Assembly: GCA_963700995.1 (NCBI GenBank)
Contig: CAVOZP010000004.1
Location: 237,712-301,711, forward strand
Length of the DNA stretch: 64,000 nucleotides
Direction of reading: 5' to 3'
From: an uncultured Acidimicrobiales bacterium
GTDB taxonomy: Bacteria > Actinomycetota > Acidimicrobiia > Acidimicrobiales > JAHEJN01
The translations under genes and the position numbers were made by a program. Below, one piece after another: positions 30,803-40,459 of the stretch (positions are counted from its first letter, which is position 1; every line of letters begins with the position of its first letter). The notes under the pieces were generated by a model. It did no database searches, was not told where the DNA came from, and saw only the letters and a program-made list of their open reading frames with translations.

Positions 30803-32691
30803 GCACCGTCGGTTACGGCAGCTGGCCGTCGCCGATCACCTCCCGAGCGCTGGTGAGCGGCGCGGTCGGTATCAGCGAGGTGGTCCCTGACGGTGATGCG
30901 GTGTGGTGGGCCGAGTCCCGCCCCGACGAGGCGGGCCGCAGCGCGCTGATGGTTTGGCGTGACGGCCACGCGGTCGAGGTCACGCCGCCCGACGCCAACG
31001 TCCGCACCCGGGTGCACGAGTACGGCGGCGGTTCGTGGTGGGCCGACGACGGTGTCGCCTACTACGTCGACTACGCCGATCAGCGGCTGCGCCGCCTCGT
31101 TGCGGGTGACGAGCCCGTGCTGCTCACGCCCGAGCCCGAGGTTGGGGCGGGCCTCCGCTACGCCGACGGACGGGTCACCCGCGACCGACGATGGTTCGTC
31201 TGCGTTCGCGAGACGCATCACGCCGACGGCGCCGAGGCCACCAACGACATCGTCGCCGTGGCCACCGACGGTTCGATGCAGGTGCAGGTACTGGCCTCCG
31301 GCGCCGACTTCTACGCCGCGCCGCGGTTGTCACCCGATGGCGGACAGTTGGTCTGGGTGCAGTGGATGCACCCCGACATGCCGTGGGACGTCACCGAGCT
31401 CTGGATTGCCGACTTCGATCCGGCGGCGGGATCGACGGCGAGTGCTCGCAAGCTGGTGGGCAACGGCGCCGAGGCGCTGCAAGAGCCCGGGTGGAGTGCC
31501 GACGGCTCGCTGCGGGTGGCCACCGATCGCAACGAGTGGTGGAACCTGTTCGTGGTCGACCCGGCAACCGGCGAGCTGACCCCTGACGTGGACGGCGACT
31601 TCGAGGTGATCACGCCGCACTGGGTGTTTGGCCTGAGTCGCTACGCCGACGGCGTGCACGTGGTGCCCACGCCCTCGGGCGACACGCTCAGCACAGGGGT
31701 GGCGACCCCGTACACCACCATCATCTCGTTGCGCCGCTCCGGCGACGTGGTGGCCTTCGTGGGCTCGTCGTTCGCGGTCGAGCCCGAGGTGGTGCGGGTG
31801 GTCGACGGTCGGCTCGAGGTGATCCGCCCCGCCCGCGATCTGGGTCTCGATCCCGGGTTCCTGACCCCGCCCGAACACATCACGTTCCCCACCAGTGGCG
31901 CTGCCGTCGCCCACACGTTGTTCTACGCACCCGCCAACCCCACCGTCGCCGCGCCCGAAGCCGAGCGTCCGCCGCTCATCGTCACGGTTCACGGCGGACC
32001 GACTGGCGCCGCCCGCCGCGAGCTCATCCTGCCGTTTCGGTTCTGGACGAGCCGGGGATTCGCCGTGGTCGACGTCGACTACCGCGGCTCTTACGGGTAC
32101 GGCCGTTCCTACCGGCAAGCGCTCAACGGCAACTGGGGTGTCGCCGATGTCGACGACGCGGTGGCTGCGGCTTCATTCCTGGCCGAGCGCGGCGACGTCG
32201 ATGCCGATCGGTTGCTCATACGCGGGGGCAGTGCCGGGGGGTTCACCACCCTGGCCGCGTTGGCTCTCCACGACGTGTTCGCCGCGGGTGCCAACTACTT
32301 CGGTGTGGCCGACCTGGCCGCGTTGGCTGCCGACACCCACAAGTTCGAGTCGCGTTACATGGACTCGATGGTCGGCTCTTACCCCGCGAGGGCCGACGTC
32401 TACGCCGAGCGCTCGCCCATCAACCACACCGACGGCTTCTCGGTACCGCTCATCGTCCTGCAGGGCGACGAAGACGAAGTGGTGCTGCCCAACCAGAGTG
32501 AGATGATCGTCGATGCGCTGCGGGAGAAGGGCGTGCCCGTGGCCTATCTGCTCTTCGAGGGCGAACAGCACGGTTTCCGCAAGGCCGAGAACATCATGGC
32601 TGCGGTCGAAGCCGAGCTCTCGTTCTACGGCCAGGTCCTGGGCTTCCGACCGGCTGATTCGATCGAACCGGTGGTGATCGAGGGGCTGTAG
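30799..32691 (+). CDS. S9-family serine peptidase (prolyl oligopeptidase/acylaminoacyl peptidase-like)
   Basis: 630 aa: an N-terminal propeller followed by GGSAGGF nucleophile, D and H motifs. Start overlaps the upstream stop (ATGA). Confidence 0.85.
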   Translation: MSTVGYGSWPSPITSRALVSGAVGISEVVPDGDAVWWAESRPDEAGRSALMVWRDGHAVEVTPPDANVRTRVHEYGGGSWWADDGVAYYVDYADQRLRRLVAGDEPVLLTPEPEVGAGLRYADGRVTRDRRWFVCVRETHHADGAEATNDIVAVATDGSMQVQVLASGADFYAAPRLSPDGGQLVWVQWMHPDMPWDVTELWIADFDPAAGSTASARKLVGNGAEALQEPGWSADGSLRVATDRNEWWNLFVVDPATGELTPDVDGDFEVITPHWVFGLSRYADGVHVVPTPSGDTLSTGVATPYTTIISLRRSGDVVAFVGSSFAVEPEVVRVVDGRLEVIRPARDLGLDPGFLTPPEHITFPTSGAAVAHTLFYAPANPTVAAPEAERPPLIVTVHGGPTGAARRELILPFRFWTSRGFAVVDVDYRGSYGYGRSYRQALNGNWGVADVDDAVAAASFLAERGDVDADRLLIRGGSAGGFTTLAALALHDVFAAGANYFGVADLAALAADTHKFESRYMDSMVGSYPARADVYAERSPINHTDGFSVPLIVLQGDEDEVVLPNQSEMIVDALREKGVPVAYLLFEGEQHGFRKAENIMAAVEAELSFYGQVLGFRPADSIEPVVIEGL

Positions 32692-32900
32692 CGCCGCGGA
32701 CCAGCCCGATTCCCGCCTTGTTCACCGATCGTTCATCTGATCGTCTTCTGCGGTTGGCTTCGGCGCCGCGTGGTGCGAACAGAATGATCTTCGAGTCAAC
32801 GGCCCCATCGATTCCCCCCCAATCGGTGGCCGGTCCGCTCCGGGGGCCGCCTGGCGGGGGCCTCCGGAGCGATGACTCGTGTCACCGCTACGGTCGAGTC

Positions 32901-33737
32901 GTGAGCTCATCCGATCAGGCCGACGCCGTGCCGATACGGCCGGCGGCCACGGTGTTGGTGCTGGCCGAGCGACCCGATCTCCACGTGCTGATGCTCGAAC
33001 GCAACCCGCAGTCGGTGTTCGCCCCTTCGCAGTGGGTGTTCCCCGGGGGCGCGGTCGACGACCACGACGCCACCGCCGAGGCCGATGCCACCGTCGCCGG
33101 CCGTACCGATGCCGAGGCCAGCGCGATCCTGGGCCTCGATCGGGGCGGAATCGCCTACTGGGTCGCGGCCCTTCGCGAGACCTACGAGGAGGCGGGCGTG
33201 CTGCTCAGCCCCGAGCCGCTTCCCCCATCGGTGCCGCCCGAGCTGTTCGGCCGATGGCGACGGGAGGTGAATGCCGGCGAGCGCAGCTTCGTGCAGACGG
33301 TGCGCTCACTCGGTGTGCGCCTCGATGGCGCCGGTGTGCACTACGTGTCGCAGTGGGTCACGCCGGTGGGGCCGCCTCGGCGTTTCGATGCGCGGTTCTT
33401 CGTGACCGCCATGCCCGAGGGCCAGGTGCCGGCGCACGACGACGACGAGGCGGTGGCCCATCGCTGGATCCGCCCCGCCGACGCGCTCGAGGCCAATCGC
33501 CGGTCGGAGCTGGCGATGTTCTCGCCCACCGCGGGCGTGCTGCGGCGGCTGGCCGAGTTCGCCACGGTGGCCGAGGCAGTTGCCGCCGCGGCGGCGTCGA
33601 CGGCGGCCGACGACGAGGTGATCCGCATCCGCTCCGGGGTCGAGGGGCCCGAACGGGTGGCCTTCCCGGGCGATCCCGACTACCAGCAGGCACTCGGCCG
33701 CGTCGAGGACGGCATGGTGCGCTGGCGGCGGCGCTGA
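32901..33737 (+). CDS. NUDIX-family hydrolase
   Basis: Nudix box GGAVD...LRETYEEAGVLL. The start is uncertain; GTG 32901 was chosen inside ORF 32718..33737. Confidence 0.7.
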   Translation: MSSSDQADAVPIRPAATVLVLAERPDLHVLMLERNPQSVFAPSQWVFPGGAVDDHDATAEADATVAGRTDAEASAILGLDRGGIAYWVAALRETYEEAGVLLSPEPLPPSVPPELFGRWRREVNAGERSFVQTVRSLGVRLDGAGVHYVSQWVTPVGPPRRFDARFFVTAMPEGQVPAHDDDEAVAHRWIRPADALEANRRSELAMFSPTAGVLRRLAEFATVAEAVAAAAASTAADDEVIRIRSGVEGPERVAFPGDPDYQQALGRVEDGMVRWRRR

Positions 33738-33755
33738 AGGGCAGTTGCTGGCGGG

Positions 33756-35107
33756 TCAGTGGGCCGGCAACCACGCCGGTTGACAGATCGGCGGCCGCTC
33801 GATGGGAACGGCCCGGAAGTAGGCCAGTTTCTCGACGAGGATGGGCTGGGCGTCGATCCATTCGGGGTTGGTGCTCGCGGGATCGAGAACGACGGTCACG
33901 CCTTCGTGCTCGAAGGTCACCGCCACGTCGGGATACTCGGCCAGATAGTCGCGCAGGTTCACCACCGGAAGCTCGAAGCCGCTGTCGACGTAGAGATTCA
34001 GACCGAAATCGCTCGACGAGGTGATCCGCACCACGTCGGTCTGGCCCGAACGCCACTGCAGAGTGCCGGGAACCAGGTAGTGGTTCGTCTCGCCCCCGGC
34101 GGTCGTGAGATTGGCGTACATGTTGAACCCGGTGGCCGACTTCAACTCCAGGTACGGGCTGAGCGCGTTGAACAGGACGACGGCGACCACCACGGCGGCG
34201 CCGACAGACGCGGGTCGCATCGACATCGGCTCGGGTTCGGTGTCGGGGAACAGCAGGCGAGAGGCGAGGACGGTAACGGCGATCCAGACCACGATCACGA
34301 GCCAGAACACCCAGCTCAGGTCGATCGAGAGACTTTGGTGACCGCGACTGAGGGGGCAGCGTGGGCGAAGATCATGTACCCCGCGATCAGTGCCAAGCAG
34401 GACTGGCCGAGCCAGGTCATCTTCGGCAGTCGCTGGTCGATCCGGGTGAGCGTGCCCGGGGGAGCAAAGAGCAGGAACAGCGGGATGAGGACGAACGTGA
34501 AGTCGAAGAAGTGCTGCCGCAGATCGAGGGCAAGGACGAGGTGGAAGGCGATGCCGAGCCACACCCCGAAGCGTCGGGTGCGGCCGAACACCAGCAGCAC
34601 CGGCACCGACAGCTCGATGGCGGCCACTGCGAACGGCAGGACTCTGGCCAGCCCCGACCCCTCGCCCACCGTCGGGAGCCCCCAGAAGTCGAAGGACTGA
34701 TTGGCGAAGAATCGGGCGCAGGACTGCACCGGATCGAAGAAGCCCGAGTTCAGCTTGGCGAAGGCCGCGAACGAGTAGAAGACGATCAGTACGAGCCGGC
34801 CGGTGGGAGCGAAGTGGGTCCACCACCGGTCGATCGATCGCCAGGGTCGGGCCACGACCGCGGCTGCGCTGACGGCGGCAGCCAGCCACCAGTGGTTCCC
34901 GAGCAGCGGTGCCTCGGTGAAGGCCGAGACCACGATGGCCGTGGGCAGCAGAACGTGGAGGCGACGATCGGCGGGGCGGGCGACGATGGCGATGGCCGCC
35001 GCCCCGGTGAGGCCGTTGACCACGCCGCGAGCAGTGAGCTCGTCGCCGCGGGTGTTGGCCACCACATGGGCGAACGCGGCCATGCCCCACAACCGCCACC
35101 ACGCCAC
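33756..35107 (-). pseudogene. polytopic membrane protein (possibly HTTM/VKGC-like) with an extracytoplasmic C-terminal domain; one frameshift near 34320-34345 as sequenced
   Basis: The N-terminal 8-TM part is ORF 34316..35107. The C-terminal part lies in the frame of ORF 33756..35171. Length is not a multiple of 3. Confidence 0.55.
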
Positions 35108-35291
35108 AGCATCGGTGGTGGCGCGGTCGGTGAGAACCGCTGGGCGGCGTCGTCGTGGTCAAGACTGCCATTGTGGTCGCTGGCCCGCTGCGGGTGGTGG
35201 CTTCGCGCTGTTGGCGCCGGTTCCCGACGACCCGACCTCTCGAAGGAGGCGGGGTCGTCGGGCCGTCACCCGTTCGACCGAGGTGAGCCGA

Positions 35292-37624
35292 TCAGCTCGG
35301 TCGCACCTGGACCTGCATGAAGTTGCCGTGGGCACTCACGCTCTTGATGCTGATCGACGTGCCCGTGATGGGGGTGATCACCGATCCGGTCGGGATTCGC
35401 CGCACTCCAGTACGAGTTGGTGTCGTCGAACACCGACACGCCACGGCAGGCTCGGGAACGTCGACGCGCTGGCTCAACCAGTGCAGGGTCACCTCTTCGG
35501 TGGCGTCCTTGCTGAAGGTCGAGTCGTACGACTGGACCCGGTTGCGCCACACGCCACCGTCGGCTCGGATCAGCGGCTCCGGGTGGGCGTCGACGGGCAG
35601 GATCAGCCCTGAGCCCGGATGCGCGCCGACGTTGTTGTCGCGTCTGGGAGGTGTCCCAGTAGCTGACCAACATGCCGTCCTGGTACGGGAACCGCTCGAC
35701 ATAGTCGCCGAGGGCCGGGTCGTCGAGGAACCCGAAGTTGTAGGGACCGGTGTCGAGGTTGACGTCGTAGCCGCGGTAGTTGCGGAACGCCGCGATGTAG
35801 GCGTTGAAGTACGCCAGCTCCTCGGTGCCGGTGGTCTGGCGGAACCCGTCGAGCGTCCCATCCGTCGAGCGACTCGGCTCCTTCCAGCGGTTGGCCGGTG
35901 ATCTCGATGTCGTCGACCGAGAATCCGGGGTCGGCCACCGCACCGTCGGTCCAGTACCGGAATCCGATCAGCGTCGGACCGGTGTAGGCCGACAGATCGG
36001 CGGTGAGGTCGCCCACCCGCCGCTGGCGCCGGTGATGCCGTTGCCGAAGTTGCTCTCCGTTGGGGTCGTCGTTGGTCGACAGGTTGGTCGTCGACGTTCG
36101 TCCCACGTGGCACCCCCGTCGCTCGAGACGCGACGAGGTAGGCGTAGTCCCAGTCGAGTTCGATGTCGTAATCGGCCTGAGCCTCGAGCGAGGCGCCGCC
36201 GGGAGATCGAACTACTTGACCATCGTGTGGTCGAGATCGTCACCGGATCCGCTGTAGAAGAAGTGCTCTCCTTCGAACGGTGTACCGATCTCGGCGGTGA
36301 CGTCCTTGTCGGGCAGCACGACGATCAGGGCCTGGGCCTGCTTGGTGTTGGTGCTTGCCGGGCCGAGCTTGTGGCTCGACTTCTCGCCGGCGAAGCCGAC
36401 TTCGTAGTTCAGCCAACCGAGCTGGAATTTCTCCCAAGCACCCATGTGCGTCGGGTTGTTGCCGATGGTGTTCTCGCCGTCGCCGGTATTGGAACCGCTC
36501 GACATGAGCGTCCAGAAGCCGGTGCTGTTCTCGGCGCCACCGGTGTTACCAGACGTGTCGTAGAGGTCGGGCAGACCGAGGTCGTGGGCGAACTCGTGCA
36601 CGAAGACGCCGACGCCCCCGTCTTCCGGCTCGACCGTGTAGTCGCCGATCCAGTACTTCGAACCGCCGATCTGGGTGCCACCGAAGGGAACCACTGTGCC
36701 GTCGTCGAGTTCGGGTCCGCCGGCGCCGATGCCCGTGAGCTGCACGTACCAGCGGTGACTCCAGATGGCGTCGGAGCCGAACTCGCCGCCGCCGGCCTCC
36801 TGACCGGGCCCGGCGTGCACGGCCTGGAAGTGGTCGATGTAGCCGTCGGCCTCGTCGAAGTTACCGTCGCCGTCGTGGTCGTAGCGATCCCAGACGTCGA
36901 ACTTGCGACAGATAGTCGTCGATCTGGTCGGCCGTCATGCCGGCGTCGATCTGGCTCTGATACCAGGCGGCCGCCGTGTCCTGCACGAAGTACCACGTGG
37001 TCGGGCACACGATGCTGCCGCAGTAGTCGCGGCCGTAGAACGCGGTGTCGAAGGGCACCTGGCCCCAGTCGGTGATGTCACCGTCGACGGTGTACCGGCC
37101 GGACGACTGTTCCTCGTAGTAGGTCGTCATCGAGTTGGACGCCGGGGTCGTCGGAGAACAGCAGCTCCTCGTAGTGACGCCTGGCTGAAGTCGGGCACCC
37201 AGATGGAGCTGTTGTCGACCGCAGCGATCGGGCTCAGGAATCTCGTTGTGTTGCGGACCGGGCAGTCCGCCGGCGAAGAGTGGATTCGGGAACGAGGTGT
37301 CGCTGAACTCACCGAGGATGGTGAAGATCAGGTCGTCGTCCTCCTGGGCGAGTTCGACGAATTGGCCTTTGGCCACCTCGGCCACGGTGCGGTCAGCAGG
37401 GATCTTCCCCTGCAGCTGCGCCTCGAGCGCAGTCGCAGCGCGCCTCGCGTTGCGCCTCGGCCAACGGATTCGACAGATCGTCGGTGTCGCCACCGGGATC
37501 GTTCGGCAACTCGAGGACTTGTGATTCGCTGGACGGCGCCGCCGAAGTTCGCGGTGGTGTTCACTGCGGTCAGCATCGCCGCCAGACAGACGAGCGCAAG
37601 AAGCGCTCGGATCGGATTTCGCAT
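35292..37624 (-). pseudogene. M6 (immune inhibitor A-like) secreted metalloprotease, broken by at least a dozen frame changes
   Basis: Signal peptide MRNPIRALLALVCLAAM after GGGGGAAA. HEFAHDLGLPDLYD zinc motif. Collinear InhA-like blocks are scattered over all three minus-strand frames. Confidence 0.85.
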
Positions 37625-37785
37625 TGGTTTCCCCCTGCAGGACGTATGTGATTGGGCCATTCTCGGGTCTTCCCCCGCGGATCATCGACACTACTCACAT
37701 CCCGCTCCGCGTTACCTGTCGGGTGAGCGCTGGCCGGGCGGACGCTCCAACGCCTTCCCGGACGTGACGCCTAGCGTGACACGTC

Positions 37786-39015
37786 GTGTCGGTCACCACT
37801 GTTCCTCGAGGCTCACGCACGCCGTGGGTGATGCTGGGGGTCGGCGTCGTGTTGATGGTGTCGACCGGTCCGGGGCAGTCGGTCGGCGTCTCGGTGTTCG
37901 TCGACCGGTTCATCGACGATCTCGATCTGTCGCGTTCGCAGGTCTCGGCCGCGTATCTGATCGGCACGCTTGCCGGGGCGCTCGTATTGCCCGTCGTCGG
38001 CCGGTTCATCGACCGCTTCGGCGTGCACACGATGGCGGTCGGTGTCATTGGCGCATTCGTGGCAGTGCTGTGCGGCATGAGCGCCGTCACCGGATTCGTG
38101 ACCCTTGCGCTCGGCTTTGCGGGCATCCGGGGGTTGGGGCAGGGTTCGCTGTCGCTGATCTCGAGCACGACGGTGGCGGTGTGGTTCGACCGACGGCGGG
38201 GCACGGCCATGGGCCTTCTGTCCGCGCTGGGCGGGGCCGGTCTGTCGCTGGTGCCGCTGCTGGCCACGGTGTTCATCGGCGCCTGGGGATGGCGCACTGC
38301 GTGGCTCGCTCTGGCGGCGATCGTGGCCGTGGTCGCGCTACCGCTCGCGGTATTCGTGTTGCGCGACCCGAGGTTCGGCCCTGACGCCCTCGTTCCCGTC
38401 GACCCCCCGCACGGCGACGTTCGCTACTTGCCCGACGCGGCGTGGACGACGCCCGAGATCCTTCGTCATCCCGCCTTCTGGGCGATGCTGCTGTCGTCGG
38501 CCACGGCGGGCATGTTGGCGACTGCGCTCATCTTCCAACAGGTCGACCTGCTCGGGGCCAAGGGACTCACCGAGGGGCAGGCCGCGGCGGTGTTCGTGCC
38601 CCAGACGCTCGCCGGCATCGCCGGCGCGCTGGCCTTCGGCCGGTTGTCAGATCGCGTCGCGCCCCGTCATCTGCTGGTCGTCGGTCTCCTGCTGTTGGCC
38701 AGCCCGACGCTCATCTGGTTCGCGGTGTCGCCGGGGATCATGGCGGTGGTGTACGGCGCCGCCATCGGCCTGGGTGCCTCGTCGATTCGGACGATCGAGG
38801 GCGCGTCGTTGCCCCGATGGTACGGCACTGCCTCGATCGGGGAGGTCCGCGGCATCGTCGGTACGACCGCGGTGGCGGCCAGCGCGGTGGGCCCGGTGGT
38901 GCTCTCGTTGGGCCGAGACCTGACCGGTTCGTACGGCGCCACGTTGCTGGCGTTGGGTGCGCTGCCGATCGTGCTCGCGGTGTTCGCCGCATCGGTTCAC
39001 CCGCCACAACGTTGA
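37786..39015 (+). CDS. MFS transporter
   Basis: 409 aa, about 12 TM helices, with a GRFIDRFG loop motif. Confidence 0.85.
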   Translation: MSVTTVPRGSRTPWVMLGVGVVLMVSTGPGQSVGVSVFVDRFIDDLDLSRSQVSAAYLIGTLAGALVLPVVGRFIDRFGVHTMAVGVIGAFVAVLCGMSAVTGFVTLALGFAGIRGLGQGSLSLISSTTVAVWFDRRRGTAMGLLSALGGAGLSLVPLLATVFIGAWGWRTAWLALAAIVAVVALPLAVFVLRDPRFGPDALVPVDPPHGDVRYLPDAAWTTPEILRHPAFWAMLLSSATAGMLATALIFQQVDLLGAKGLTEGQAAAVFVPQTLAGIAGALAFGRLSDRVAPRHLLVVGLLLLASPTLIWFAVSPGIMAVVYGAAIGLGASSIRTIEGASLPRWYGTASIGEVRGIVGTTAVAASAVGPVVLSLGRDLTGSYGATLLALGALPIVLAVFAASVHPPQR

Positions 39016-39094
39016 TTCCGATGGCCGGCGCCGCAGGGGCCGACTACTTTCGATCACACCCACGACAAAGGGGTGTTCCATCGACAAGCGGCCG

Positions 39095-40456
39095 ATGCCC
39101 GACGTAGTGGTGATCCTGCCCGGAATCCTCGGCTCGGTTCTCGAGCGCGACGGAAAGCCCGTCTGGGCCGTGCGAGCCGGCGCAGTCGTTCGTGCCCTTT
39201 TCACCCTCGGAGCCAACGTCAAGGCTCTCGAACTCGGAGACGACGACCCCGATGTCGACGATCTGGGTGATGGGGTCACCGCCACTGCGCTGATGGATGA
39301 CGTGCATCTCGTGCCGGGTCTCTGGAAGATCGACGGGTACCGGGCGATGGCCGACACCGTGAAAGCCACTTTCGACGTCACCAACGGCGAGAACTACTTC
39401 GAGTTTCCTTACGACTGGCGACGCGACAACCGAGTCGCGGGGCGCCGGCTCCGACGGCAGAGCCATGAGTGGCTCCGGTCGTGGCACGAGCGATCGGGTA
39501 ATGCCGATGCACGCTTGATCCTGCTCGCGCACTCGATGGGTGGGCTGGTGGCGCGTTCATTCCTCGAGCTCGAGGACGGCTGGAGCGACACACGGTCGCT
39601 GGTCACCTTTGGCACGCCCTATCGCGGGTCGCTCAACGCGCTCGGATTCATCGCCAACGGCTTTCGCAAAGGGGTGGGTCCGCTGTCGGTCGACCTGTCC
39701 GATCTGTTGCGGTCGCTCACGTCGGTCTACCAGCTGTTGCCGATCTACCCCTGCATCGACGGCGGCGACGGCTCGCTTCATCGTGCGGCCGAGATCGCCA
39801 TGGTCCCGAACCTGGTCACGGAACGGGCGGCCGCGGCGCTGGCGTTTCACCGGTCGATCGAGCACGCGGTCGAGGAGCATCGTCGTGATGACAGCTATCG
39901 CCGTGCTGGCTACGGCATCTTCCCCATCGTCGGTATTGCGCAGACGACCGCGCAGTCGGCGCAGCTGGCCGGCAGCGGGTTGGAGATGTTGAACACCATC
40001 GCCGGACGTGACGACGGTGGCGACGGCACGGTGCCACGGGCGTCGGCCACGCCCATCGAATTCGACGACCCGAAGCGGGCCACCTTCTCTCCATCGCCCC
40101 ACGCGTCGGTACACCAGACAGCGGCTTCGCTCACCCACGTCGAGGGCGTGCTGACCGCCGACGAGGTCTCCGGGGGAACCTACCGCGCCGGACGCAAGGC
40201 GATGAGCCTCGCGGTCGACGACGTGTACGACTCGACGATGCCGGTGGAGGTCAAGGCTCGTGTGGTCGGCGAGGCAGGCGTGATCGTGGGAACCATCGAG
40301 TCGATCGAGCGCCCGGGTGACGCCCGGCCGCTGGCCTTCAGCGCCGGTGACGATGGTTGGGCCGTCGGGCGGTCGAGCGTCGAACCGGGCACCCACCGGG
40401 TGACGGCCGGCATCGGTGATGAGATGCTCGCGAGCGACGTGACCGTGGTGATCTAG
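39095..40456 (+). CDS. LCAT-like alpha/beta-hydrolase (lipase/acyltransferase) with a beta-sandwich C-terminal domain
   Basis: ATG at 39095. No signal peptide. FPYDWR motif, AHSMGG nucleophile elbow and GDGTV Asp motif. Confidence 0.7.
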   Translation: MPDVVVILPGILGSVLERDGKPVWAVRAGAVVRALFTLGANVKALELGDDDPDVDDLGDGVTATALMDDVHLVPGLWKIDGYRAMADTVKATFDVTNGENYFEFPYDWRRDNRVAGRRLRRQSHEWLRSWHERSGNADARLILLAHSMGGLVARSFLELEDGWSDTRSLVTFGTPYRGSLNALGFIANGFRKGVGPLSVDLSDLLRSLTSVYQLLPIYPCIDGGDGSLHRAAEIAMVPNLVTERAAAALAFHRSIEHAVEEHRRDDSYRRAGYGIFPIVGIAQTTAQSAQLAGSGLEMLNTIAGRDDGGDGTVPRASATPIEFDDPKRATFSPSPHASVHQTAASLTHVEGVLTADEVSGGTYRAGRKAMSLAVDDVYDSTMPVEVKARVVGEAGVIVGTIESIERPGDARPLAFSAGDDGWAVGRSSVEPGTHRVTAGIGDEMLASDVTVVI

Positions 40457-40459
40457 CGC

